From Gekko japonicus (Eukaryota), in contig NW_015165838.1 in NCBI RefSeq assembly GCF_001447785.1, positions 713,643-777,642 on the forward strand: a stretch of 64,000 bases of DNA. The letters run 5' to 3'. This document shows, one piece after another, positions 38,002-49,934 of this stretch. The position numbers were made by a program, and so were the translations under genes. How positions within the stretch are numbered: position 1 is the stretch's first letter; each line of letters begins with the position of its first letter. Below the pieces are notes generated by a model that saw only the letters and a program-made list of their open reading frames with translations, was not told the DNA's origin and did no database searches.

Positions 38002-39166
38002 GTAAGAAGCACTTTGCTGTGTCTCACCCTGCATCTTCAGATGTATGTCTGGAAATTTTAGGAACTTTCTAGAGACCGTTACAACGATGAAGCTTATTAG
38101 CTTCCAGATCACTGCTGAGTAATCACACTTCATATGGCCAAGCTACACAATGCCACTGTATACTATTTTGGCCATGCTTTACAAGGTACAATTTATAAAG
38201 CAGCGAGAGAAACTCTCTAGGCAGGCATTCAGGAACTCTAATTTCAGAAAAGTGTATTGTGGGCCATTTATTGTATTCCTTGTTGCTCTTGGGGGAAATA
38301 TAGCTTGCTATAAGGAGAACGGGGAAATATTGCTTGCTATAAGGAGAATAGGGAAGTGGTTGTAGAACATGATGGGGAAGAAGCAGCTGCACCTTTGACC
38401 ACCAGACTTTAATTCAGTCACATTTAGCTTCTGAGGCTTCATCAAAATTGGTGTTCAATTTTATTTTAAGGACTTGCGATCTGTATTTAACTCAACCTGT
38501 ATTTCTCAGTATTGCAGATGCTATAGTATAACACATGGTATTTTGGATAATTTCAGATGATGGAATAAGTTCTTCATTACTTGCAAAAGTAATGGCTAAT
38601 CAGACTGCAAGAATGCTGTATTTTTAGTATGCATTGCACTATATGTTGCTTGCATTGAGGGTACTATATAAAAATCATCAGCATTGACCTGATTCTTACT
38701 ACAACTGTATGAAAATTGATTGTTTTAACTAGGTAATTAAATTTGCTTTGTATAAAACTTTATCGGGTCTCATATATGTAGAGAAAGTTTAAGTGGGTTA
38801 CATTGATTATAATGCAGACTGCTCCATTAATGGCCAGTCGCTCTCACTAACTGAAACACTTCCATCTTCCCAGTACAGGGACTGGGTATCTCAATCACAT
38901 TGAAGCCTTATTCATGCTTGCTTCATATATTCCCATTTTCAAGTGTGGCTTATCCTTTTGAGTATGCTATGTGAATAAGAGATTCAGAAGACTGAGGTGC
39001 TAATTCTAGTGGGAGCACAGCATTAAAAATCAAGGAAGAAGCTGACTTCAACATTGGAAACACGATTTGTATTTGCCTATCATTTTGGACTGCTGCTTCT
39101 AAGAATGTAAAGAATGTAAATATTAAAAAATATTCAGCAATTCTAATTCTGGTTTAAATTCAACAG

Positions 39167-39281
39167 ATGACTGGAAAAGGCTTCTGCTTGGTACAGACTA
39201 AAGAAGTTCCAATGAAAACTGATGATGCACAAAGAGTATTCCAGCAAAAAGCATCCGAATTTATTCCTTTACTTGAAAAAG
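39167..39281 (+). CDS. RP2: RP2 exon 3
   Basis: Acceptor caacag|[41 protein letters not shown], 115 nt, donor G|gtatga. Confidence 0.96.
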
Positions 39282-40986
39282 GTATGACAGTTCTTGCTGT
39301 GTACTACAGTACTTTTCTGTTCTAATCTTCTGTTTACCTAAAATCTACTTAGCGGCCATTTGTAAGGTGAAAGGTTATACAAAAGTTAATGGAATGTCAT
39401 AATGCACATAAGCTCTCATAAAACTCAAATTTGGCCCATTGTACTTAGAGAATCTCAACAATTTTTGTTGGGATTTGGCTTGGATCTTATGGTGATGTTT
39501 TATGATTGAATGGCTCTTCTGCCTGTGGAGGCTGAAAGGGAGATTTTCACCATTTCCTCCTGCTTCAGGCTCCCAGTTTGTTCCCTGCAGTGTTCCTTTG
39601 GTCCACTGAACTGTAGGAGCACAATTGGGGGATGGGGCATGGAAAAATACAATAAGAGGCAGGAGGGGAAGTTGCCTTTTTCTAATGTTGCTGTTCATGC
39701 TCATTTGCTTCATATGGCTTCTGTTCTGTAGCTTGCACAGTGAAGTTTTGTATTTCGCGTCCCCCCATACAGTATTGACAGGACCACAGAGAGAAGTATT
39801 TGAGGGAAAGCCAATTGCTTTTCCTTCTCTTTTACTATTTGGGAAATACTGGCTTACAAATATCTATATGTTTTTTAAAGCTGAAAATGTAATGTTTAAT
39901 ATCTGAGAACTTCTGATCAGGAATTATTTTGCTTAGATTATTCATGGTTTCATGAAAACCCTGTCCAGAATTGTTGGGATAGTTGTTGCACAAGAATAAA
40001 TACATTAGAGAGCGGAGTAGGTTTGGGGAGGACAGGCCCTCATGTAGGCAGGGGATGAGGGAGGGAGAAGAATGCAGGTCCTTTTGAGCCAATATATATT
40101 TCTACTAGTGCTGGGGGGGGGAGGGGTGTTAATTTGTAAGGAAATGTGGTTGCTTTACTTCCTCTTTTGCTTTTGTGAAAAGTTTGCTTCCTGCAAGTCT
40201 TGCCTTGTTCATAAGCATGGTTTAACATCTGAATAATTAAACAATTGCTACTGACCACTGTCTCTTTCACTGATCAAGCTTATGGATAAATTGTTTAGAA
40301 AAGGTGGAAAGAATATGTTTTTGCTTTCTTAAAGCTGAGCCTTCTAGAAATCTGTACTTGGAAGCATTGTTTCCTGTATTTCTAGTTAGCAAATTTCTGT
40401 TCCCTTTGCATTGTTACTTACCTTCACTAACTAATCCTTTTCCTGGTACTGCTTTCTGGTAGACTTTTCTGGGGGAGGGGAAGAAGCCTCCTCACCCTGG
40501 GCCTGCTGCAGTTTAAGTGCAGGCAGCAGCTAGAATGTCTGAGCTACTGCCATCACATTCCTTTTCTGCCATTTGGAACAGCTGTAAAGGAGAGAGAAAC
40601 TGGAAGCTATACTTGGTCCTGCAGACTGAAAGAGGAGGAGCTCTGACCTCTGGGACTGTCATCTGTTGCCAGGATCTCCTGGTAGACAGGAGTGGGTGGG
40701 AGCTCTATTGCAGAACAGAGGAAAATATTGCATGAAAGCACAATTGTGCCTGGAGAAGTCCTCAGTGAGAGGGAGGGCAAACTAATGTTTTGCATTATTT
40801 TTTGTGAGTTGTCATGGAGACCCACACAACTGGAAAGGCAGACAATACTTTTAATCTGAATGTTGCTGTATTAATACTTCCAATAGGAAGACAGCTATAT
40901 CACTGAGACTTTTAAAAAGTACTATCTTGCACTTCTGTTTAGAATACTATTGTAGTCCATAGCTATGAAGGATGGGATACAATGCA

Positions 40987-41221
40987 GAGCAGCAGTGGAG
41001 GGCAGTGGTTAGAGTATCACGCTCAGATGTGGGAGGACTAGGTTCAAATCATGATTCTACCATGAAGCTCGCTGGGTGACTTATGTTGCTGTGCGTCTCT
41101 TTCACCCAACTTAATTTGTCCCATCGGGTGGTTGTGAGAGTAAAACTAGGTGAACTGTATACTGCCTTGAATTCCTTGAAAGGAAGGAGGGATAAACATG
41201 AAGAAATGAAAAATAAATAAG
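40987..41221 (+). mobile_element. Old MIR/Squam3-like SINE in RP2 intron 3
   Basis: Degenerate head (GTGGTTAGAGT...GGTTCAAATC), core and (AAAT)n tail. Confidence 0.6.
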
Positions 41222-41280
41222 TATACTAAAGGCAGTAGTTGAACAGATATCCTATTAAACACACTGTAATTCTGTCTTAG

Positions 41281-41366
41281 GTTCAGTTATTGCTCTGGAG
41301 TTCAATGGAGATGGTTCCATAGCAGCCTGTCAAGACATTGTTGCGAAGGTCTTCACTAGTACTAAG
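41281..41366 (+). CDS. RP2: RP2 exon 4 (NDK-like domain)
   Basis: Acceptor tcttag|GT, (G)SVIALEFNGDGSIAACQDIVAKVFTSTK, 86 nt, donor AAG|gtgagt; phases match exons 3 and 5. Confidence 0.96.
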
Positions 41367-42098
41367 GTGAGTGATAGTGTGGATTCCTCATGTCCCTAAA
41401 GGACACATATTGCTTTAGAGGTTGCAGAGTTCCACAGTTCTCTTCTGAATTATGCTAGCTCACAAGAACTTTATCTTGAATTCTATTTTCTGTTTCAGAT
41501 TTTCAGTGGTATACAAAATAATAGGTGCTTGCATTAAATAATAACCTTGTTTTTAGCCTCCATTCTCCAAGATCTCCAAAGACCAACCTTATCAGAAATG
41601 GGAACTCTTCTTGATGTTTATGTTCATAATAAAACACTTGGCACTTTAAAATTACATACTCAGTGACTTGACAGTAGTATTACAGTTGTTTGCAAAAGCT
41701 TTTTTGAGACAGCAGTAGTTATTTCAGAAGTAATCTTGGTAGTACAGTGCTCCTGTGTTTGCACTATCAACATAACAGGGAATAAGCGCCTTCAGTTTCA
41801 GTTACACTATTTACGCTGTAATTAAACATTTTGTTTAAGATTTTCTTTTTTATATATTTTATGCTATTTTATGAAGACATCATCTTGGATAAAGTTATTG
41901 GAAGCTTGTTTTGATTTCTAGTTGAAATAACTTGAACTTGCTTTCCAGTTGTAGTGGCAGGGTGATTTCTTCTTTAATGGTATGCATTTCTTTGACAATA
42001 AAAAGGAGTATGGAATTATGCTGTCTTATAGATAGCTTATTAGACATGACTGCTGTGGTTAGCAATATAACATTTCCCCCCTTTTTATTCTAAAACAG

Positions 42099-42182
42099 GT
42101 TTTTGTATCTGAAGATAAGGCATCTGCTTCCAGAGAGGTAGACAGCTTCTATAACTTTGCTGACATGCAGATGGGAATGTGA
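42099..42182 (+). CDS. RP2: RP2 exon 5 coding part and stop
   Basis: Acceptor aaacag|GTT, VFVSEDKASASREVDSFYNFADMQMGM-TGA. Spliced CDS totals 1086 nt = 361 aa plus stop. Confidence 0.96.
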   Translation, partial: VFVSEDKASASREVDSFYNFADMQMGM

Positions 42183-43854
42183 AATAAATGTGACACAGAA
42201 ATGTTACTCACAGGTGATCCCATTGACAGTTGAGATACATTTAGGTTTGTATAGCTGTCTGCATTGATAGTCAGATATTCAATAGTAAATTACTTGCCTT
42301 TACAAAAAGTAAATTACTTGCCATTCCACAAACACCATCTTTTTATAAAGTAATATTAAGTAGAATTTCAATATTCATCTCTTATAATGTATATAATGTG
42401 ATGGCACCTAAAGTTCTCCTGCCAGTTTTTTCTGACATCGGAAAGGTTGTACATATGAACATTAGTCTTGGTGAAAGTTCAGATGCATTCAACTGATTTG
42501 CAACTTTTGAATAGGTAAAACAAAAACTTGCCATTGTGTGTAACGTGCTTTCACTGAAAATGAGTACAGTCATGCCAAAGTTAAACTCTTCCTGATTGCA
42601 GTGGGAAAGATTTAAGCAAGTTTCCAACTGATTTTAATGTGACTTGGCTTGATTGTATTTTGTGAGCAGTGGAGCTGATAAAAGCTCGTTGCTTGAATGT
42701 TTTCCTCTGAAGTCCCAGGTTCCACAACTTCTCAGCATGTAGCAACTTGGTGGTTCATATACTCTGGAAATATGAGCAGTTCATGTGAGGGGTGCAGATG
42801 CATGAGACAAGTGTTTTTGCTTCTTATGCAAGCAAAAAGTGGAGACTTGTAGCTCGCTCTGCTGGTAGTGTTACGTCCTGCTCTGAGGGTAGACTGGGAT
42901 ATCTTTGAGGGTAGACTGGGATATCCAAAAGAAGCAGGACTTAATGGGAGAAAATTTCGCTTCTGATTTCTGCCTGCTATAAAATCCACAGTGGAAGATA
43001 ACAAGTCTGTATCTTCCTGAAAATCTAGGGAGGGGGGTATTGATGTCATTTTATTATTTTTGCCACCTGTGAACAGTAAGAGGTCTTGAAATTCTAAAAG
43101 AAGGAACATTTGTAGGACTTCAAGGAAGTGGTGGTAACAAAGTGGTGGTCATTGAGACACAATTATAAGCATAAAAGCTATGGAGATAGATCCTAAAGCT
43201 CTGTGAAGAGAGCAAGTTGGTGAAAGGATTGTATTGCCTTCCACCTCCTCACTATACAGGTCACAGAACAGCTCATGAGAGAGGTGAAAGGGGTTTTGCC
43301 AAATCCCTATTCTGGCCGCTGTGCCGTACATCTTGTCCTCTGAAGCTCAGGAGTTGCATTCTGGGGGCATAGGGGGCTGCAGTATGAACAGGTATGTGGC
43401 AAAAAGTCTCTCCTGCAAGCAAATCCGTTAAGATCTGTCTCACATTTCCCAGCCATGCTGAATCATAATGGAAACTATCATTTTGCCTACTTGGAGCATA
43501 GCATTTTAGCCCTGTGAAGTTCTAAACAAAACTCTGTTAGGATACTGCTGCTGTGATCACCGGGGAGAACATAGAGGTCTACGTTCAAACATGACAAGCA
43601 TGTTTCCCACAGGTCCTTCGGGGAGCTAATCCAGCAGTTTACTCTGCAATTGTACAAATCCAGATGAAAAATTTACTAGTATCTTTGACCTGTAATTTTG
43701 CATGTCTTGGACAACCATGACCTCTACTGTGCCACTAGAGAGCTAGAAAATCATTTGGCCAGGGACCTGTTTAATGTGTCATTTCCCTATTATAAAATCA
43801 GTCACTTAACTTCTCCAGAGCCATTGACACTTCATGTTGTAATTTGTTTCTTTG

Positions 43855-44401
43855 TCGTTGTTCAGTCGCACAGTCGAGTCAGACTCTTTGCAACCCCATG
43901 GACCAGATCACGCCAGGCCCTCCTGTCTTCCGCCGTCCTCTGAAGTTGGCTCAATTTCATGTTCGTTGCATCTATGACACTGTCTAACCATCTCATCCTT
44001 TGCCGTCCCCGTCTTCTTTGACCTTCAATCTTTCCCAGCATCAAGGTCTTCTCCAGTGAGTGCTCCCTTCTCATTTGGTGGCCAAAGTATTTGAGCTTCA
44101 GTTTCATTATCTGGCCTTCCAGGGAACAGTCAGGGTTGATTACTTTTAGGATTGACTGATTCGATCTTCTTGCAGTCCAAGGGACTCTCAAGAGTCTTCT
44201 CCAGCACCATAGTTCAAAAGAATCTATTCTTCGACGGTGATCTTGGATCCCAGGAACATGAAGTCTGTCACTACTTCCACGACTTCCCCTTCTATTTGCC
44301 AAGGAGTGATGGGGCCGGATGCCATAATCTTAGTTTTTTTTATGTTGAGCTTCAAGCCCACTTTTGCGCTCTCCTCTTTTACCAGGAGCAAGAGGCTCTT
44401 T
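43855..44401 (-). mobile_element. BovB LINE 3' fragment with internal deletion
   Basis: RRIDSFELWCWRRLLRVPWTARR... matches 51143-52074 except for a missing segment of about 187 nt. Confidence 0.95.
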
Positions 44402-44529
44402 AGGTTTCTGCGTTGTTGTAATTCTGTTTCTGATATTGTAATGAATGTACTTTTGTGGAGCCTTTAAGGGACCACTATTCTCAAAGACTTGCACCTCTGT
44501 ATGTAACTGTATTGCTGAGTACACAACAC

Positions 44530-45051
44530 TAGAGGCCATTNNNNNNNNNNNNNNNNNNNNNNNNNNNNNNNNNNNNNNNNNNNNNNNNNNNNNNNNNNNN
44601 NNNNNNNNNNNNNNNNNNNNNNNNNNNNNNNNNNNNNNNNNNNNNNNNNNNNNNNNNNNNNNNNNNNNNNNNNNNNNNNNNNNNNNNNNNNNNNNNNNNN
44701 NNNNNNNNNNNNNNNNNNNNNNNNNNNNNNNNNNNNNNNNNNNNNNNNNNNNNNNNNNNNNNNNNNNNNNNNNNNNNNNNNNNNNNNNNNNNNNNNNNNN
44801 NNNNNNNNNNNNNNNNNNNNNNNNNNNNNNNNNNNNNNNNNNNNNNNNNNNNNNNNNNNNNNNNNNNNNNNNNNNNNNNNNNNNNNNNNNNNNNNNNNNN
44901 NNNNNNNNNNNNNNNNNNNNNNNNNNNACTTCTGGTGATGTCAGGGGGTGTGGCCTTATGACACACTTCTGGTGATGTCAGGGGGTGTGGTAAATGCTAA
45001 TGAGTTATGCTAATGAGTTCCCCTAGCTCTTTTTCTATGAAACGACCCCTG
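44530..45051. mobile_element. hAT MITE (Oct/KLF-motif family) spanning an assembly gap
   Basis: Right end ...TTTTTCTATGAAACGACCCCTG; CACAACAC present at 44522-44529 and 45052-45059; reverse complement of the 59720 element. Confidence 0.75.
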
Positions 45052-46229
45052 CACAACACTGAGGTGGTGCTGTACCACATTGCACCATGATGCTAGTCTG
45101 ATCATGCTTGGGAGTATGCTCTTTTGTATCCTGTAGGGGGTAAAAAAAGTGTTCAGAATGATTCTGGATACTTATGTTCTACCCTTTAAGTATTAGTATG
45201 GCAATATTATGACATCTCATTTGCATATACTGAATAGGCAAACTTCTAAGGGTGGCAACAGTGACAGACAAAAATTAGCCAACCTTGTCTTGGCTCACCA
45301 TAAACAATATATAGATGTAACCAGGAGCCTTGTGGCACCTTAAATATTATTCAATTCTGCTGCAACAAATATTGCTAAAGTCTCTGAAACTATTAATATA
45401 GTGTGGAGTGGGGATGCAGTCTGTTTCAGCTCAGCTCCATCAATGGAGAAGTGTGGCTCACTGTTTTCCATGGACAACATTTTTGTTGATTATCATAATG
45501 GAAACTATCATTTTGCCTACTCGGAGCATAGCATTTTGGCCAAGTTATCCAGGGACAACATTTTTGTTGATAAAAATTGTGCTTTCTCATAATTTGGAAT
45601 GAGATTGTGATAAAAACCAGTTATAGCTAATGTGGCATCTTCTGTAGTCTTTCCTGTAGTTTTAGAGAATGGCAGATTATGAAATTGGCATGGAATTGTA
45701 AATTAGTGTCTTGTAGCATTCTTATGACAAACTGCTATGAATCACGTTTCCAGGGTTCCCAAAATGTAGGAGGCAGAGCCTTTAAAGGGACCTCTCCTAA
45801 ATCTGTTACAAGATCTGCCTATGGCAGTTCCTCAGAAACTGTGCCCCCAGTCAGAGCAAATTGATGTGGAAGTTTAAAGCTAAGAATGTCATTTGTTTTG
45901 TTCTGGTGGATTTCCCTGTATCCTGTGTGCATAGACTTACACTTGGGGTATGAGCGTTCATCGAGACCTATGCCTAGGAAATGATCTGAAGTATGTTGGA
46001 CCAACACCCTAACGTGCTTAAGCATCGGTGAACCGAGTCCTCAGAGAGGCACTGTTATGACTTTAACTTCACTATACAGTTGCAGAAACTTTGCCTCGTT
46101 TTATATCCTTGCGCCATGAGGCTTTCCGGCCGCGGTTTCTCTCTTTTCAGCACTTGAGTAAGGGCTGGAGCCATCGATTTCTATTCTCTTCACGCCCCTC
46201 CCCCCCGGTCATAACTGGACATCCACGGT

Positions 46230-46850
46230 TCTGTAATTGAACCAGCCGCCTTTTAAACATTTCCACCGTTCTTATCGGCAAGGGGGCGAAGAATGCTGCT
46301 TTCTGGAGGGACAAAGACAAAGCTCAAGCGAGAAGGCTGTATCGTGCATGAACCTGAGCCAAGAATGGGGAGGGGTGCGGGAGAAGCCTCTTCAGAGCGG
46401 CTGGCCAAGTGAACAGTGCGTCTTTTTTTTAGGGTCCTATGGTGCGGGAAGGAGGGGGGGGATGCTAAAAAAGAATCGCAGTGAGTGGCCATTGGAATGC
46501 ACTGAATACATTGGACTCCGTCCTGTTAAAAGTGGAAGAGCTTTTATGCTCAAACGTAAAGGCGCCCCAGATATTGGCGGGGGGGGCGGCGGCGGTAGGA
46601 ATCACGGCTGCCTGAATTTCCTATGGACAGCGCCGACTGGCGCTTTACTTCCAAGTCACCGTGCAGAGGGCAGGCCGGGAAGAGCCAGAGGAAGGGTGCG
46701 AAGCCGCATTGACCTGCCTGAGAGGGAAGCCCCTCTTCCAGTGCGCAGGTGGCGGGGAACTCCGGCCCAGTCCGGGCAGGAGAGAGGCTCTAGAAGCGCT
46801 CCTACTGGTGGGGTTGGGAGAGAGAAGGGAAGGGGAAGAGGCGGAGCCTG
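46230..46850 (+). promoter_or_regulatory. CpG-island promoter of downstream gene (probably JADE3)
   Basis: CpG-rich, three reverse CCAAT boxes (ATTGG near 46491, 46510, 46573) and GC boxes. Confidence 0.7.
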
Positions 46851-47148
46851 GGAGGCGGCAGCGGCAGCAGCGGCGGCGGTGTCAATAATACAATAGGGCT
46901 CTTGTGCCGCCGCCTGGCCTGCCAGGAGGGAGATTACAAGGGCAAGGGCCTGCTCGCCCTGCAAGCGCGCAGAAAAGAAGGGGGGGGGGGTGTCGCCGAC
47001 ATGATGAAGGGGATGGCCGGGTCGTAGGGAAGCCGAGGCCGGAGGGAGAAGGCGCCGAGGAGGAAATGAGCGGCACCAAGTAGCAGCACCAGCAGCTCCG
47101 GGCCCCGGCGCACGCACACGCCGCTGCCGCCCACTCCAGAGCCACAAG
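46850..47148 (+). other. JADE3: Non-coding first exon, probably JADE3 (PHF16); 5' end approximate
   Basis: GCG/GCA-repeat leader in a CpG island ending at a strong donor CAAG|gtgagc. Identity rests on the known gene order SLC9A7-RP2-JADE3; no JADE3 coding exon was recognised in the window. Confidence 0.6.
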
Positions 47149-48861
47149 GTGAGCGGTGGAAGCGCCTGAGGCGAGGGAAGGAGCCCCCGGAGCAAGAGGC
47201 GGGTGGAGGGGCAAGCGGTTGGGGGGTGGGTGAGGCGGGGGTGTGGGGAATACGGTCCGCCCGGCCTAGCCTGGCTGCAGGGGAAGAGCGACGAGCGCGG
47301 CCGTGGCTGGGCCCCCTCCCGCGCGCAGGCGGCGTTTGGCGCCAAGGCCTGGGGCCGGAGTCACGCCGGCGGGGCTGGAAGGGGCAGGGCAGCCATGAGG
47401 TGAGCTGGGAGGAGCAGCGGCGCTGGCGCCGCTTCAGGTGTGTGTGAGTGTGTACGTTTGCGACGGTAGGACACGTGGTGGTGGTGGTGTGTGTAGTCCC
47501 CCAGCCCCTCGCCTCAGGAATGTAGTGAGAGAGTTAGGGATAGGGTCTGTCTGTACGTGACTGAACAGAAAGAGTTCGCGTGTTCAGGTGCAGCAGCAGA
47601 GACTTCTGTGTGAGAGGGCGCTCCGTGAACCTTTGGTCAGTACAAACCCCCCCCCTCGAATTCCACAACATTCTTTGTTCTGATAAAAGCACACTCTTTT
47701 TATCACCTTCCCCCATCTTGACTAGCTCAACCACGTTGCACAGGGATGGTCTGTTTTTATTTCGGCCTGGGTAGGCAGGAGACAACTCAGAACCATTGGC
47801 CCACACTGGCAGACTGTGCTTTAGGGGTCTTATGTTGTATAGGTTCGCAGCACTGAGTGTGCACAATGTATTTTGCTTTGTTGCTTCCTAATGATGAGCT
47901 CTATGCTGGTTTTGACTGTTTTGACTTCTTAGTCTTTAAAAATCGAGTTGGTAAATGAAGAAAAATCTGCAGTTCCTCTTGGTTTTGAACTTGTATATAT
48001 GGAAAGTTAACCAATTTGTCTTTATTTTCTAGTGCAGCTGTTATATTCTTTATACTTGTGATACTTAAAGCCTGATACCTATAGATGTGTTTTGGGGAAA
48101 TGTATAATTAAGTTTGAATAGGACTAACTCCCAAATAGATATTTAACTAGAATTGCCAGCTTTCAATGCTGTCCACACATTTATAGTACTTTGTCTAATT
48201 AACCTTTGATGTTGTTGACTGGTTTGATCTATCACAGTGCACACAATCACGTAGTTTGTTGAGGATTAAACTAAATAGACACAATGGGTTTCTAAGATCA
48301 CCTCAGTCAGGGCGAGTCCTTAAATCCACATTAGTATGGTGTTTGATCACCTAGGAATATCAGTGCAGAGTTTGGTAGAAATAGGTTATGACCAAGTGTG
48401 GTGATCTTGCTACTCAAATCTATTGCTCCTTTTTAATGCAGAGTGTTTTTGAATGACCATTTTTCTTGAATATGCTGACATTTAACATACAGTGAAATGG
48501 AAGCCTGGGGGGCCACATCCTACATTCCATAAAACATATGTGCTGGGGCTACCTGGTATGTACATCTGCCTTCCAAAAACGGATTTGTTGCTTATATGTA
48601 AGGTGTGCTGTAAATAATACACCTTGAAGTTCTCCTTGATCATAGAGCACCATATCATGCCATAAGTAGACCTGCCTTATTACATTCCTTAATATAAATA
48701 TTTTTCAGGTAAGATGGTTCTTGGTAGCTGATAGAACTAACAGCTATAGGAGGTTCCACAGAAGTATGCATAACAAGAAGGAACACAAGTTAGAACTGAG
48801 AAACATCCTGCCACCTAAATTAATTGGCCAGAAGCTGTTGGTGGTAAGGGGATGTTTAGAC

Positions 48862-49202
48862 CAGGGATCCCCAGCCCTTTTCAGCTCACAGGCACTTTTG
48901 GAATTCTGACAAAGTGTGGTTGGGGCAGGCACAGATTGGCTACCAGAAAATGGCTGCTGCAGGAGATGGAGCGAACCACAAAAGGGGTGCCACGGCTTAT
49001 CTTCTAGACACAGTGAAGATCCTTGTACTGTGGTGGCAGCCGTTGCCAAAGCAACATTTTTAAAAATCTACACAGCTGGTCAAATCTCCAGTGGCCAATC
49101 AGAAGGCCTGCTGAGCAAAATCCCAACATGGCCAAGCCCACTTTCTAAAACCACTTGGTGGGTACCAGGAAAGGTGGGCAGGTACCACATTAGGGCCCCT
49201 TG
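48862..49202. mobile_element. hAT-Charlie-type MITE
   Basis: Ends CAGGGATCCCC...GGGCCCCTTG, perfect TSD GTTTAGAC (48854-48861 and 49203-49210). Confidence 0.85.
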
Positions 49203-49214
49203 GTTTAGACAGAC

Positions 49215-49671
49215 TGCTGTATCTGGATCCATAAAGATCTGCCTGGTTAGCCACCTGTTTCTGGGTATAATTCAAAGTTCTGTTTTTTACCTTTAAGGCC
49301 CTAAGCACCTTGGAGCCAGGGTAACTGAAGGACCATCTCCCATACTATCAACCCCACCAGTTAGTATCGGCTTCTCAGGCCCTGCTTCCTATGCCGCATC
49401 TTCAGAGGTGAGGTGGGTAGCAACTGAGGCGAGGGCATTTTCTGTAGAACGCCCTCCCCCTTGAAGCTTGCCTGACACCTGTCTTTTAGGTGCCAGGTCA
49501 AAACCCATCTTTTTACCAGGCTTTTAATTAGGGACTTGACCAGTTTTTTAATGTTTTATGCATAGTTATATGTTGTCGAATGGTTTGTTTTTAATGTGAT
49601 GTTTTAATTGTAAACTGCCTCAAACCCGACTCTGAAGAGGTGTCATAGAAATATCCCAAATAAATAAATAA
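49215..49671 (+). mobile_element. L2 3' end
   Basis: FKVLFFTFKALSTLEPG-like translation, T-rich UTR, (AAAT)n tail. Confidence 0.75.
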
Positions 49672-49934
49672 TGTTTGGTCCAGTGACATGAGTTTGAAAC
49701 TGCTGCCAAATTCTGGCACATGCTTGTGCTAGTGTGGTATGTTTCATTTGTNNNNNNNNNNNNNNNNNNNNNNNNNNNNNNNNNNNNNNNNNNNNNNNNN
49801 NNNNNNNNNGCTACAGCGCTAACAGTGTCTGCAAAGGGTTATAATATCCCACAATTGCTGTTTCAGAGGACCTGATCCATTGGCCCTGTTAACGATCCAG
49901 AAAGAGGTTTTCTTTTTGAGAGAAAAATGTGTGG

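Noticed and set aside
38300-38352. Short tandem duplications (also 37243-37285, 42884-42925, 58952-58993)
   Set aside because: Ordinary two-copy slippage duplications without spacers; not CRISPR-like or an organised array.
46237-47345. 219-aa and 229-aa ORFs in the third CpG island
   Set aside because: Stop-poor GC-rich sequence; no similarity to JADE3 or any family I recognise.
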